Source of the DNA: Escherichia coli O157 typing phage 14
Length of the DNA stretch: 64,000 nt
Sequence record: KP869112
Reading direction: 5' to 3' (one strand)
Part shown: piece by piece, positions 47,477 to 57,592 of the stretch
Numbering within the stretch: position 1 is the first letter of the stretch
Layout of the letters: every line of letters begins with the position of its first letter
Translations under genes and position numbers: made by a program
Notes under the pieces: generated by a model
Told to the model about the DNA's origin: nothing
What the model saw: only the letters and a program-made list of their open reading frames with translations
Databases searched by the model: none

Positions 47477-47740
47477 ATGATTGTTTATTTTAAAACTTCA
47501 GGTGGATACCCTGATTCTCAAAGCTTGATCGGAAAAACGTGCACAGCATACTCACCTCTTGATGAGGAGGTAGGCGATATTCTACGAAATATGTATCGGA
47601 TTGATCCCCAAGAAGCCTTTGATCAAAACCTTGTATTTGTCAAGGGCTCAGACATGAAGTCTTTGGGAGCATTCCCTGAAGCAGATGATGATGCCGTTTA
47701 TTCGTTCATGACCCCTTTTGAAGCTATGGTTGTCGGGTGA
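47477..47740 (+). CDS. small acidic protein, paralog family member
   Basis: LVFVKGSDMKSLGAFPE. Confidence 0.45.
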   Translation: MIVYFKTSGGYPDSQSLIGKTCTAYSPLDEEVGDILRNMYRIDPQEAFDQNLVFVKGSDMKSLGAFPEADDDAVYSFMTPFEAMVVG

Positions 47741-47744
47741 TAAT

Positions 47745-48077
47745 ATGAAAGTACGCTTTATTGGTGAAACAATTCCTGTGCATCTCCGGTCGCCTGAGGA
47801 TTCTGCAGATCTTGCATCTCAGAAAGCGAGAGGCTATGATAAGAAAGTAACCTCAACCGGTGTAGTGCTTGAGGCTACTAGTCTACCTGACCCTGCTGCA
47901 TTCTTTAATCATTATGGGTACTATTTCAGCAATCTTATGAATATCGGTGAGCTTGTGTTTATTAGTGGTGGAGAGATTGTTAGCAAGCTTGGCGGCGATC
48001 CGGATGTCTTTCATGAAACCTGTCCTTTTGCATTTGTGGTAGGTTCAGATGTGGAAGTTATTGAGGAGGTGCGGTAA
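47745..48077 (+). CDS. small acidic protein, paralog family member
   Basis: Start at internal ATG (MKVRFIG); LVFISGGEIVSKLGG, VVGSDVEVIEEV. Confidence 0.45.
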   Translation: MKVRFIGETIPVHLRSPEDSADLASQKARGYDKKVTSTGVVLEATSLPDPAAFFNHYGYYFSNLMNIGELVFISGGEIVSKLGGDPDVFHETCPFAFVVGSDVEVIEEVR

Positions 48078-48472
48078 TGGTAAGCCTATACCGTGTTGAG
48101 TATAGCTCAGATACTGTATACAACGTAAGAAGCAAAGATCGCAGCAACAGAGTGCAAGAAATGTATGTTCTTGCCGACAGTCCGTTATCTGCAGCGTTCA
48201 AGGCAGGGGCTCTTGCATCTCGTTGGAAATTTGAAGGCGGATCTTTCTATGAAGAAACCCTTGAAGATTCTGTTGTTATTTCTTCTGTAGAGGTTTCAGA
48301 TGACTACGAAGGGAAAAAGTTCGTAATGCGGCACCCACACAGCAACATTGCGTACTACTGGGATGTTCTGAACAACGAGTGGACCCCAGATCTTCAGAAG
48401 GCCACTGTGCTAACACCGTTTTTGGCAGATAAGTTCCCACCAGAAGGTAATTTATCCGCACTGTTTCAGTAA
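48077..48472 (+). CDS. hypothetical protein (paralog of 45872)
   Basis: YYWDVLNNEWTP region shared with 45872-46270. Confidence 0.4.
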   Translation: MVSLYRVEYSSDTVYNVRSKDRSNRVQEMYVLADSPLSAAFKAGALASRWKFEGGSFYEETLEDSVVISSVEVSDDYEGKKFVMRHPHSNIAYYWDVLNNEWTPDLQKATVLTPFLADKFPPEGNLSALFQ

Positions 48473-48548
48473 TTTTCTTGCACACAGGTGTTGACAACAC
48501 CAACCCTGTGTGAAATAATACCTTCATCTTAACAAGACGGGAGACTGA

Positions 48549-48809
48549 TTGATGAAGATTAAACTGAAAAACCTTGAAATGGCAGAGATTCAGGATGGTG
48601 TTGATTTCCGCTCTAAAGATGGTGACATCTTAGAGGTAAATCTTCCAACCTACGAGCTGATTAAAGGTTTTGGCAACGTTCAGGAAGAGGATATTCCAGA
48701 AATTCTTATGATGTTGATTCTTGACGGAACTGTGTTTGTAGGTGAAGGTGAGAACGCTATTGCAATCCCAGGCCATTTTTATGAAGTAGTTGACGAAGAG
48801 GTGCTGTAA
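48549..48809 (+). CDS. small acidic protein, probable distant paralog family member
   Basis: MMKIKLKNLE..., TVFVGEGENA, YEVVDEEVL. Confidence 0.4.
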   Translation: MMKIKLKNLEMAEIQDGVDFRSKDGDILEVNLPTYELIKGFGNVQEEDIPEILMMLILDGTVFVGEGENAIAIPGHFYEVVDEEVL

Positions 48810-49160
48810 ATGAAAGTAGAAATTACTGGTTTTGATGTTAGTGTGGTTCCGGAAGATATTTTAGCTAACTTACCGGAAGGTTTTGGTAACGGTGTTGTGG
48901 TGGATGCTGTTCCTCCTACCAAAGACATTCTGCTGCAGTATGGTGTAGCAGAGGAAGATGTCGATAAAGTTCTTACAATGATGGCAATCGATCGTGTTGT
49001 CGTTGTTAAAGGTCTCGATAATTTTGAGAGTGATCCTCTGATTATTCGCGGAGATGACTACAAAATCATCGATAATGAAGGCCAAGAGTTCTATGAGCCT
49101 TGTGCAGAAGATATTCTTAACTTATTACTGGAAGCAGGCACCGAAGAGGAGGACGAATAA
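48810..49160 (+). CDS. small acidic protein
   Basis: MKVEITGF..., VVVVKGLDNF, acidic tail. Confidence 0.4.
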   Translation: MKVEITGFDVSVVPEDILANLPEGFGNGVVVDAVPPTKDILLQYGVAEEDVDKVLTMMAIDRVVVVKGLDNFESDPLIIRGDDYKIIDNEGQEFYEPCAEDILNLLLEAGTEEEDE

Positions 49161-49489
49161 TGAAGATTGACCAGTTACTGAAGGCTCGTGCAGAAAAAGC
49201 GTACACCATTAAGCTGACCAACCTGGTTCCTACTTGTCATCCGGATGTAGGTTGGCCCGAAGGTCTGGTAGAGGGAACTGTAACAGCTGCATACCTTCCT
49301 AACATCAAGTACCTTATGGAGATCTTAGAGATGGATGAGGAAACTGCAGAACAGTTCCAGTTAGATATGAAACAGAGTGGGACTCTGGTTATTCACGGGT
49401 GGTATAATACTAAAGATGCAGAAGACCCTCTGGTAACTTCTAATCTGGCATATGAAATCTTAGGGCCTTTGAACCTGGAGGAAGACTAA
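49160..49489 (+). CDS. small acidic protein
   Basis: 109-aa ORF, C-terminal AYEILGP. Confidence 0.35.
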   Translation: MKIDQLLKARAEKAYTIKLTNLVPTCHPDVGWPEGLVEGTVTAAYLPNIKYLMEILEMDEETAEQFQLDMKQSGTLVIHGWYNTKDAEDPLVTSNLAYEILGPLNLEED

Positions 49490-49776
49490 TGAAAGATCTG
49501 GTTAAGATTAAGATTAAAGATACCAATGGAGAACTCAGCCATTTTGGAATTAATGATGGTGACGAGCTGATCGCACACCTGCCTACTAAGGAGGTTGTAA
49601 GCAAAGCAGTTGCAGGAGAAGAAGCTGCAATGCAGGCTGCAGGTGTGGATGAAAACTATGTAGCTATGTGCATGTGCCGAGATCAGGTTGTTCTGTATAA
49701 AGCGTATCGACCAAACGGAGCCACGGAGTGGCTTGTATTCCGACCCGAAGGATATGAAATCTTAGAGGCACTATGA
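49489..49776 (+). CDS. small acidic protein
   Basis: 95-aa ORF, C-terminal GYEILEAL. Confidence 0.35.
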   Translation: MKDLVKIKIKDTNGELSHFGINDGDELIAHLPTKEVVSKAVAGEEAAMQAAGVDENYVAMCMCRDQVVLYKAYRPNGATEWLVFRPEGYEILEAL

Positions 49777-49865
49777 TAAATCTTGCCAAGGTTGCAACGG
49801 CACTGCTAATTATTTGCTGGTCAGTAACCTTAACACTGTGTCTTGTATTTCAGTGAGGTGCTTGT

Positions 49866-50129
49866 ATGAACATCCTGATGTGGGTTATAGCAGTGGCGTT
49901 TGTTGCATGTTTTTGCTGCTGGGTTGCGGTGAGGATTTCTGTAGCTACCCTTCGGAAGTTGGGGTTCTCAGAATGGGATATTAATATCCTTTCTTTTCGC
50001 AATGAAACAATCTCAGCCGCCCTGCTTTGTAAGAAATTCAAGTGGGAACCTTGTGAGGTCATGAGCTATCTAAGAACAGGCGATATCCCTGAAAGATTTA
50101 AAAAAGTTCTTGACGGCAAGGATAAATGA
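49866..50129 (+). CDS. small membrane protein
   Basis: N-terminal hydrophobic helix ILMWVIAVAFVACFCCWVAV. Confidence 0.4.
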   Translation: MNILMWVIAVAFVACFCCWVAVRISVATLRKLGFSEWDINILSFRNETISAALLCKKFKWEPCEVMSYLRTGDIPERFKKVLDGKDK

Positions 50130-50284
50130 CAGTATAGTGACTAACAAGAGGTGAGGAGTGACTGATTTTACTGAAGCTTTAATGATGGCCTTGTCTGTTT
50201 TAGCGCTATCGGTGTGTTTTGGGGCGTTATTCACATCTCTGGTTAAAGTTTTACATACAATATTATTACCCAAGGAGCGCAGTA

Positions 50285-50536
50285 ATGACGAAGATTGACT
50301 TGAATGCTGGCGATCATGTTGTTGTCAAATGCATTGGAGATTATCTTGGATTCACAATCGGCAATACTTACGAGGCGGTAGTGGCGAAGGTTTATCATGA
50401 TAAAGTCCTCAGTCTTGTATTTGACTGCGATGATGATGGGGATGACCGATACGTCTGTGAGGTGCTGGCACGAGACGATAGTGAAGACCAGAAATTTCTG
50501 GTTATTGAACTGAACGGTATTTTTGTAGAACGTTAA
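50285..50536 (+). CDS. hypothetical protein
   Basis: Start at internal ATG (MTKIDLNAGDH). Confidence 0.35.
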   Translation: MTKIDLNAGDHVVVKCIGDYLGFTIGNTYEAVVAKVYHDKVLSLVFDCDDDGDDRYVCEVLARDDSEDQKFLVIELNGIFVER

Positions 50537-50564
50537 TTTAAAACAACATAAGGAGACTCTTACT

Positions 50565-50870
50565 ATGGCTAAATCTAAAGTTGAACTGTTCACCTCTCTT
50601 CCTTCTGACACTGCAGAGCGTGATCGCCTTCGCAAAACAATCGAAGAACTGGTGGAACTCCAACTTCAGATTAAAGATCTGAAAGATGCCATTAAGGATA
50701 TCATTCTTGTTGAGAAGCAGGATCATTTGTATTCTCCTAAATTCATCAAATCTCTGGTGGCTACCGAGTTCGATATTCGATATGAGGCTGAAAAACGTCG
50801 AGCTAAAATCGAAGAAGAGGTTGAGCACATGTCTGAGGCAGACATTCTGTTCAAACGCTCTGTAGAATAA
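50565..50870 (+). CDS. hypothetical protein
   Basis: 101 aa, charged; followed by a terminator. Confidence 0.4.
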   Translation: MAKSKVELFTSLPSDTAERDRLRKTIEELVELQLQIKDLKDAIKDIILVEKQDHLYSPKFIKSLVATEFDIRYEAEKRRAKIEEEVEHMSEADILFKRSVE

Positions 50871-50876
50871 TGACAA

Positions 50877-50904
50877 AGAGGGGGGGCTTAGGCCCCTCTT
50901 TTTA
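50877..50904 (+). terminator. rho-independent terminator
   Basis: AGAGGGG...CCCCTCT hairpin followed by TTTTT. Confidence 0.6.
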
Positions 50905-50926
50905 CTATCTATGAAGGAGATTTGAG

Positions 50927-51259
50927 ATGGGCATGCCGATCACTGTAAAAGAATTGAATGAACGTGATGCAGGTGGTCTATGGCCTGCACGAAAAATCCG
51001 TTGCATCCGTATGAAAGAGAACCTTGAACATCTTGAGCAACAGAAACGGATTGAGGTTGGTGATATTTTCGAAGTATTTTATTCTGATCGCCGTAACTGG
51101 GAAACCATTCAACCTTCCGGTCTTGTTCTTGCTAAGCTTGACACTGGAGAAGTGATTGTTCCTGGGTTGGATATTGTCTTCGAAATTATCCAGGAGTGGG
51201 ATCCGGACAAGATTAGATACGAAGAGTTATTCGGTAAAGGTATTATCAAACCTGTGTGA
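50927..51259 (+). CDS. hypothetical protein
   Basis: 110-aa ORF. Confidence 0.4.
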   Translation: MGMPITVKELNERDAGGLWPARKIRCIRMKENLEHLEQQKRIEVGDIFEVFYSDRRNWETIQPSGLVLAKLDTGEVIVPGLDIVFEIIQEWDPDKIRYEELFGKGIIKPV

Positions 51260-51567
51260 GGTGGATTATGTCTACAAAGGCGGCTAAATACTCCTACATA
51301 CCATCAACCTCTGCAGAGGTAGACTTTAGTTTCGATGTGTTTCCACTGTTTGAGGTGGTTCTGGCATACCCAACAATACTATCTACTCCTGAGTCACTTG
51401 TGCCTGTTAAGTTGCAGAACGCTATGCATTCTATGCACTACAACAATAAATGTAGGCACAGATGGTGTCAGGACGAGGAAAAAGATCTGGATAGTTTGAG
51501 AGATTTTGACAATCACCTTTTGACACCTTTCAGCTACTCCAACCTTGATAAGCCCTCATGGGTATAG
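51256..51567 (+). CDS. hypothetical protein
   Basis: 103-aa ORF. Confidence 0.35.
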   Translation: MRWIMSTKAAKYSYIPSTSAEVDFSFDVFPLFEVVLAYPTILSTPESLVPVKLQNAMHSMHYNNKCRHRWCQDEEKDLDSLRDFDNHLLTPFSYSNLDKPSWV

Positions 51568-51592
51568 CAAAATATCAAATTTAAGACACCTA

Positions 51593-51618
51593 GGACGCTC
51601 TGTGGCGTCCTTTTCTTT
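51593..51618 (+). terminator. rho-independent terminator
   Basis: GGACGC-tctgtg-GCGTCC followed by TTTTCTTT. Confidence 0.55.
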
Positions 51619-51780
51619 ATCTGGTGCACGATTGCATACCTTTGACAGATAATCTCATTACAGAGCGTTTAAGAGCTTCCTACAAACAAATCTCTCTTTC
51701 GAGCGTAGCGAGAACGCACGTCCGTTTTGACCCAAATCACCATACGCTCGGATTTTAACCAAACCCTCGCGGCGTTTCTA

Positions 51781-51809
51781 TTGACACATTACCGCTCCAG
51801 TGATAATAT
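51781..51809 (+). promoter_or_regulatory. sigma70-like promoter
   Basis: TTGACA, 17-nt spacer, TAATAT. Confidence 0.5.
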
Positions 51810-51841
51810 CCACACATAGTTTGTAGAATATGGGGTACACT

Positions 51842-51931
51842 ATGAGAACATTGTCCGAAGTTTTGGTGGTGATCCTGATGATCATTACGTCCATAGCGGC
51901 TGTTGCCGGAATACTCACGGGTGGAACATGA
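51842..51931 (+). CDS. small hydrophobic peptide (29 aa)
   Basis: MRTLSEVLVVILMIITSIAAVAGILTGGT; downstream of the promoter; stop overlaps the next ORF start. Confidence 0.3.
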   Translation: MRTLSEVLVVILMIITSIAAVAGILTGGT

Positions 51932-52140
51932 TAAACACACATGCATCTGAAGAGACATCCAAAGGAGTGACTATATGTCCCTTGGCTGAGCCAGTGAAAG
52001 AGGAAAACTTCGATTCTGAAGATTCTCCATCTTCGCTCCAGGTAGATCCTGAGGCTGATGACCTAACGTGGGAAGACATCGTAGATATCTGGTTCTCTAT
52101 TATGCCTGAGCACGAAGAGTTCAGGGGTGGTAGACTATGA
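51928..52140 (+). CDS. hypothetical acidic protein
   Basis: 70-aa ORF. Confidence 0.3.
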   Translation: MINTHASEETSKGVTICPLAEPVKEENFDSEDSPSSLQVDPEADDLTWEDIVDIWFSIMPEHEEFRGGRL

Positions 52141-52261
52141 AGCACCGAGCCCACACAGGTTCCTCATGCTAAAGCATGGCCTGAAGAGGCAAACGTGCAT
52201 AATTCCTGTACATTGGGACGTATAAAACCCTGTTCACATTCTCATTTCCAGAGGAGATTTC

Positions 52262-52477
52262 ATGAAGATAGAAATATTTGGTGGAGCTGACAATACTCGT
52301 GGCCTGATTTACCTTGAATTCGATGAATCATACCTGCCAGAGGTGTTAAATATGGACTCTGTTGCTGATGCTTTGGGAGTAAGTCCTAAAGATCTCTACT
52401 CTGGTGCTGAGATTGATGGTTGGGAGGAGACCATGAACATTGATTTCAGTGAAGTAGGTGATGAACCACTGGACTGA
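52262..52477 (+). CDS. hypothetical acidic protein
   Basis: 71-aa ORF with GGAG SD; last plus-strand gene before the non-coding region. Confidence 0.35.
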   Translation: MKIEIFGGADNTRGLIYLEFDESYLPEVLNMDSVADALGVSPKDLYSGAEIDGWEETMNIDFSEVGDEPLD

Positions 52478-54020
52478 CACACAATTAGCTACCCGGCTAA
52501 AGTGCTGGGAGCACCTATAACACATCTTTCAACTAAATTTCCTACCACCACAATCACTTACCTCCCACACATGACTGTTTGCTTGTTTAGTGAGCAGTCA
52601 TGCCTTGACATTCTTGCCTATCCTGATAAAATTAAGTTCTTCTCTTTTCTTTTACCGAGTAATTCGGGTTTTCTGTTCTCTTCGGTTTGAAGGGGTATGG
52701 AGATACACCTGAGTGAACAGGGTGAACAACCGAACCATTGGCTATGGCATTAGCATGGCGAAGCGGACGGGTGACGAAAGAGGGGCCGGAGGACACCAGT
52801 CACTGCCATATGATATATAGGTGATAACCTGAAGAGTCTGAATAAGTGTTTAAGTACCAGTCAGAGGAAAAGGTGAATGGTAGCCGAAGGGGGAGGGGGG
52901 TTTCTTGTATCTTTAATTTGTATATTATGTATACACTTGTAAACCAACACCATCTGAATTTGCTTACCACACAAAGCGGATAGAGACAAATATTACCTAT
53001 TAAACTTGAATTATTTATAGAAAATACCACAACACCACTTAAGTCTTTGATTTTACACATAAATCCTACAGATATTCACCCTCCATATTTAACATACTTG
53101 TAACATATCTATACCCAACCTGTCTGATCAACTCACCCAACTACATCCTCCATATTTCCCCTGTCTGTACTACCCCTGCCCAGCCGGGAGTCCCGTCATA
53201 TCTGGCTTTCCAGCAAATATCACACCCACAAATATCATTGCCTGAAGAGGGTTTCATCCCATAATACATGCCTTACCTGAAGAGCGCTTCATACACCACG
53301 TAAATTTTTTAATTGACCTGCAATTTTCCCGTCATGACCCCCTGCCCCGCCAGAGAGGTTGACTTTTCCCACACAGACCTGAAGAGCCAGCCAGAAATAT
53401 CTGAACAGGTCCAGTTATACCACGATTTTGACCTGACCGACAGGAGTGCCTCCCTGTCAGGAGCCGGTAGCGACTGGAGTGCTGCCAGGCGGACGAAATG
53501 GGAATACTTCTCATTCTTATAATAATTCTCAAATATCGAGGCAGTGAGGCAAATTAATAGGTGAGGCCGTTCACACAGTGGCACAACATTTGCAACCTAT
53601 CTTGTGGGGTGAATGAGAATACCTATCATTGTGAGAATAGTTATCATTACGGGCAATTTAACATAATACCCATTATGCGCACCACTGGCGATACATACAG
53701 GGGTTGATAACATGAGTTACTGTTTACGCACATAACAATTATATTTCTTACTATTTGTGTGGGATATAGTTAGCAGCCGATAGATTAGATATTGACCTGT
53801 AGACTTCCAACCGTCTAGACGTCTAAACGCCCACACAACAAGGCTTATACATACATCACTGAATGTAAACAGGACCGCAAAAATGCTACCATACAAGCTT
53901 GTAAATTTTTCATGCAGCACTTGACAAAGAGGAGGAAAACTTGTCTGACACACTGGGCACAACATAACATACTGCAGCACAATATGACACAATAACGACT
54001 GTTATTATTTCATGTTTCAC

Positions 54021-54080
54021 TGTTCACGTATAGATTGTTCCCGCATAGACTGTTTACGCCTGGATAGTTCACGCATAGAT
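54021..54080. repeat. four tandem ~15-bp direct repeats
   Basis: tgttcacgtatagat, tgttcccgcatagac, tgtttacgcctggatag, ttcacgcatagat in tandem. Confidence 0.7.
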
Positions 54081-54086
54081 GATAAG

Positions 54087-54317
54087 CCATGCCATTCGTT
54101 TGCATGACAATAATTAACTTGTTTACAATAGATGACATAATATAAAAGCAGGGCAACTATTAGAAGATCATAGTTGCCTTGCTTGTTATGTCATGATTAA
54201 CTAAATACAAGGCAACTATGATCTGATTAATAGATTGCAGACAAACTATCACGGGGGTGATTGTTACTGCTTTTATATTATGTCGCGACTCCGTCGCGCC
54301 ATGCCATTCGTTTGCAT
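54087..54317. repeat. nested repeat structure: 19-bp direct repeats flanking a 17-bp inverted-repeat pair
   Basis: ccatgccattcgtttgcat at 54087-54105 and 54299-54317; acataatataaaagcag at 54135-54151 with exact reverse complement at 54268-54284; internal palindrome ggcaactat...atagttgcc (54151-54177). Confidence 0.8.
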
Positions 54318-54981
54318 AGTTGCCTTATTGTTACAGATAAAATAATTGTATTGTTAATTATTTCTTATCTTTCTATTAGTCATCTAATGATTTCAGTTAG
54401 TATAGTAACGTACAGTAAACATTAGACGACTAAAGATTTCTCTGCTTATAATAACCTAACGTGACAATTCCGGACTGTTTACGAAAAATGTTGACACCTG
54501 AGCTGATTTATGTTATGCAGTTTACACGAATAATTATTTTATGCAGGTATTGACTATTCTGTTATTCTATGGTTGGAATAAATACTTAGCAGGCTATAGA
54601 ATGGTGAGCGTACGTAAATTCTAAGATCTGGCGGCTATAGTTATGCCCGATTTTTCACGTAGAAAACGCTTTTATGAGTGTGTAAGTGTATGACTTATAA
54701 AGATTTTTAGTTGTTGACAAGATACTGAAGATGTGCATCAGGTTAAATTTTGTGCAATAGCGGCATTACGTGCAATTTTGGAAGGAAAAACGTGTAAAAA
54801 ATGGCGCTGCTACCACACAATGAAAGATTATGCAATAGCTATTTTACATGTATGTTTGTACAGTGGTGGTAATTGATGGCTTGTCGATTATTCCACTTGC
54901 CAGGCTGGGCCGTTTGTGGTAGGGGAAATACAGACAAAAAGAAAGGGGCCTTTTAAAGCCCCTGATAGTTTAGTTAATAAA

Positions 54982-55401
54982 TTATAATGATTCGTATATT
55001 TCAAAAATCCGATTTGCCAGGTCGTTACGGTACCGGAATTTTTCTTCACGTTTGATCATTAGATCTTTGAAGCCGTATTCTTTAAGCACTTCATTAACTT
55101 TATAGCGGCATACCCTCATATTGTCTTGCGCGTCACCGATAAACTTGTTGCTATGGTGCATGGCTTTAATTTCTTCTTCCAGGACCAGGGCAACTATGCG
55201 GACCGGATCAAGCTGATAGGCGGTAACATCCATGCGGCATTGTAAACGGCTTTTTACGTCTGCCACCGGGTATACTGCAACCTCTTCCCCGTCAACATTG
55301 ACAATAATTAGTTTACCATCGATTTCGAATCCTTTCGCCGCCGGACCGTGACAAAAAGCGTTATCAAAGCTATATGCCGGATTATTAGATTTGATGTTCA
55401 T
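54982..55401 (-). CDS. hypothetical protein
   Basis: 139-aa ORF with AAGAGG SD and an upstream sigma70-like promoter. Confidence 0.45.
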   Translation of the reverse strand: MNIKSNNPAYSFDNAFCHGPAAKGFEIDGKLIIVNVDGEEVAVYPVADVKSRLQCRMDVTAYQLDPVRIVALVLEEEIKAMHHSNKFIGDAQDNMRVCRYKVNEVLKEYGFKDLMIKREEKFRYRNDLANRIFEIYESL

Positions 55402-55450
55402 GGTGTTTTTACCTCTTAGTTAATTTTCTTACAACTTCCCTTCAAAAAAG

Positions 55451-55479
55451 AATATAGCAAAACTGCCGATCCTTGTCAA
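55451..55479 (-). promoter_or_regulatory. sigma70-like promoter (minus strand)
   Basis: On the minus strand: TTGACA, 17-nt spacer, TATATT, upstream of the 54982-55401 gene. Confidence 0.45.
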
Positions 55480-55548
55480 CCAAGGATAGCATAATTTTTA
55501 TGTGATCAAGGGGCTTTATTGCCCCCTCTGATCGTGCAACTTGTTGTA

Positions 55549-55812
55549 TTATTTGTTGCTCATCCAGTTTTCCCAGGCTGCCTGATAATCTGCCTCACTG
55601 CGGCGGATCTCTTCTTGCTCTTCAAGTCGGATCTCTTCTTCCAGGTACCCCAAGATGTCAGCCTTTTTGGTCTGGCGTAGCATCCAGTCATCTTTTTTGC
55701 GGGTAAAGATCTTATAAGCTTTCTCGCAAACCTCTTTTTTGCTACCTTTTTGGACTTCAAGAATTCTGTAGGCCATGTACTGAACTAATTTAAGCTGATC
55801 CAGACGTTTCAT
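55549..55812 (-). CDS. hypothetical protein
   Basis: 87 aa; AAAGAGGAAA SD. Confidence 0.4.
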   Translation of the reverse strand: MKRLDQLKLVQYMAYRILEVQKGSKKEVCEKAYKIFTRKKDDWMLRQTKKADILGYLEEEIRLEEQEEIRRSEADYQAAWENWMSNK

Positions 55813-55889
55813 GATGTTTCCTCTTTATGTGGTTCGTTTTGATTAGTTGATAATACAGCAGTTCGCAGATCAGTCTTTAGCAATTCATG

Positions 55890-56108
55890 CTATTTACTCA
55901 CAAGGGTGTCGAAAACAAATTTTTCTTTATTGTCTAAACTCACGTATCCGATTCGACCACGCAAGCCGCAAGTAGTGCCGTACTCGTAACCATTAAGGCC
56001 TTTAACCTTCCAATCCGTACCCATTAAAACCGCATTATATTCCTGACCAACTACAAAAGCGCCCCCAGTCGATTCAATGCAAACAACTTTAATTTTACGG
56101 GTTGTCAT
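55890..56108 (-). CDS. hypothetical protein
   Basis: 72 aa; preceded by GGGCC-aaaa-GGCCC hairpin and AAAGAGAGAAAG SD. Confidence 0.4.
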   Translation of the reverse strand: MTTRKIKVVCIESTGGAFVVGQEYNAVLMGTDWKVKGLNGYEYGTTCGLRGRIGYVSLDNKEKFVFDTLVSK

Positions 56109-56168
56109 TTTCTTTCTCTCTTTGTGTGGTTCTGATTAGTGGGCCTTTTGGCCCGTGTCATTATCTTA

Positions 56169-56441
56169 TTACTTGCGGCGGCAGAATTCAAGCGTTTTTA
56201 ATTGATAATCTTCCTCAGCCTGGAGTACGACCGCCTCGATCATTTCGTTGGCATTGTTAAAGCCATAACCTTTAGCGAACTCATCCGCGCCACCTTCGTG
56301 ATCATGTTCTGCGTTCATCGCTTCCACAAAATGGAATTCCAAATTGTTGAGGTAGGGGCTTGATGTTCCGTCCTCTTTTTCGATGAGATCCCAAATAGCA
56401 TTAAAACGTGATTCGACTTCTTGATTAATCCAGCTTGACAT
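56169..56441 (-). CDS. hypothetical acidic protein
   Basis: 90 aa; preceded by a GC hairpin and GAAGAGAGGAAA SD. Confidence 0.4.
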   Translation of the reverse strand: MSSWINQEVESRFNAIWDLIEKEDGTSSPYLNNLEFHFVEAMNAEHDHEGGADEFAKGYGFNNANEMIEAVVLQAEEDYQLKTLEFCRRK

Positions 56442-56652
56442 AATGTTTTCCTCTCTTCTGGTTGTTGTGTGGGCACTTTTGCCCCTTCAAGATAAATGTT
56501 ACCCCACCCCCTGGCAGATGTCAACGGTTTTTATAGTTCTTATATGACAGGCACCCCCGGTGATTGTCTCCCCCCGTCGCCAGGTGCCTGCCGTGGAATA
56601 AGTATAACAAAAAACAGGACCATTGCAAGCCCTGTTTTGTAGTTTATAAATA

Positions 56653-56844
56653 TTATATTTTTTCGCCTATGTAGTCCGGTCGGTTTTTCTCTGTCATGCG
56701 CTTTAGCAATTCTTGAATAATCCATATTGCGGTCAATGTCTCATCTTCACGCTTTGAGTCAACATAATCAGGATCGTTTATAACCTTTGTTTGATTATGA
56801 TATCTCAATACCGCCAACACTTTTACAGCTTCATCAGTGGTCAT
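56653..56844 (-). CDS. hypothetical protein
   Basis: 63-aa ORF. Confidence 0.3.
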   Translation of the reverse strand: MTTDEAVKVLAVLRYHNQTKVINDPDYVDSKREDETLTAIWIIQELLKRMTEKNRPDYIGEKI

Positions 56845-56989
56845 TATCGCACCTAAAACAATGAGTTAATATATAACACCAGATCGCTGACCACTAGAAT
56901 AACACTGATCAGCACATACCTAACCATAAGGGGAAAGAGCGCCAATATTGCCACCACAATCCCCAAGGTGATGATTATCTTTTTCATGG

Positions 56990-57274
56990 TTAACGGTTCA
57001 CGTAAGTTTTCCCGTTCACGGTTATGGGCAGATCCTCCAGGTCTGGGTCTTCCTTAAGGTCGCGAGCAAGCTCACCGCACCGGATACCCTCGAATCCGTA
57101 GTACTCTGTTGTACCGTCATTAAAAGTTTTAGCGGCAAGGCATAAGCGATAAGTAACCCCGATTTGATTGACGGCATGGATATCCGTTAGATCAACCTCT
57201 TTTGCCAGCTCTTTAGCCATTACAGGCGCATTAAGTCCAACAACCAGGGCAACCACTGCGATCATCTTTTTCAT
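56990..57274 (-). CDS. secreted/periplasmic protein
   Basis: N-terminal signal peptide MKKMIAVVALVVGLNAPVMA. Confidence 0.45.
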   Translation of the reverse strand: MKKMIAVVALVVGLNAPVMAKELAKEVDLTDIHAVNQIGVTYRLCLAAKTFNDGTTEYYGFEGIRCGELARDLKEDPDLEDLPITVNGKTYVNR

Positions 57275-57365
57275 TGTGTCTATCCTCTTTCTGCTACGTT
57301 TAAGGCGGCGGTAACCGCCTGTTTATGCTTTGTTGGTTAATTTTCAGGTATCTGTATAAATTAAA

Positions 57366-57590
57366 CTATGCTGTACGCTCAACTATAACAACGGTTTGGG
57401 GGATCTCACCTTCCACCACTAGTAAGGCCTTTTTCTGCGTGATGGATATCTTTACCCGTTGCAGCGTGGCGGTGAAGTCTTTCATTTCGTCACGTGGTGT
57501 TTTAGTGCAATGCCAGATCTCAGGCTTACCTATTTGCAAGCCGCGTAAAAATTCTGTTTTACCTGTCTTATTCGTGATCATTTTATTCAC
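57366..57590 (-). CDS. hypothetical protein
   Basis: 74-aa ORF. Confidence 0.35.
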   Translation of the reverse strand: MNKMITNKTGKTEFLRGLQIGKPEIWHCTKTPRDEMKDFTATLQRVKISITQKKALLVVEGEIPQTVVIVERTA

Positions 57591-57592
57591 CT

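Noticed and set aside
52828-53386. Hammerhead ribozyme-like CUGAAGA motifs
   Set aside because: The repeated CCTGAAGAG matches the CUGANGA core only superficially; I could not build stem II followed by GAA and stem III for any copy. Kept as a repeat.
56315-56725. Minus-strand ORFs 56315-56524 and 56540-56725
   Set aside because: Out of frame and overlapping the better-supported genes 56169-56441 and 56653-56844; no SD.
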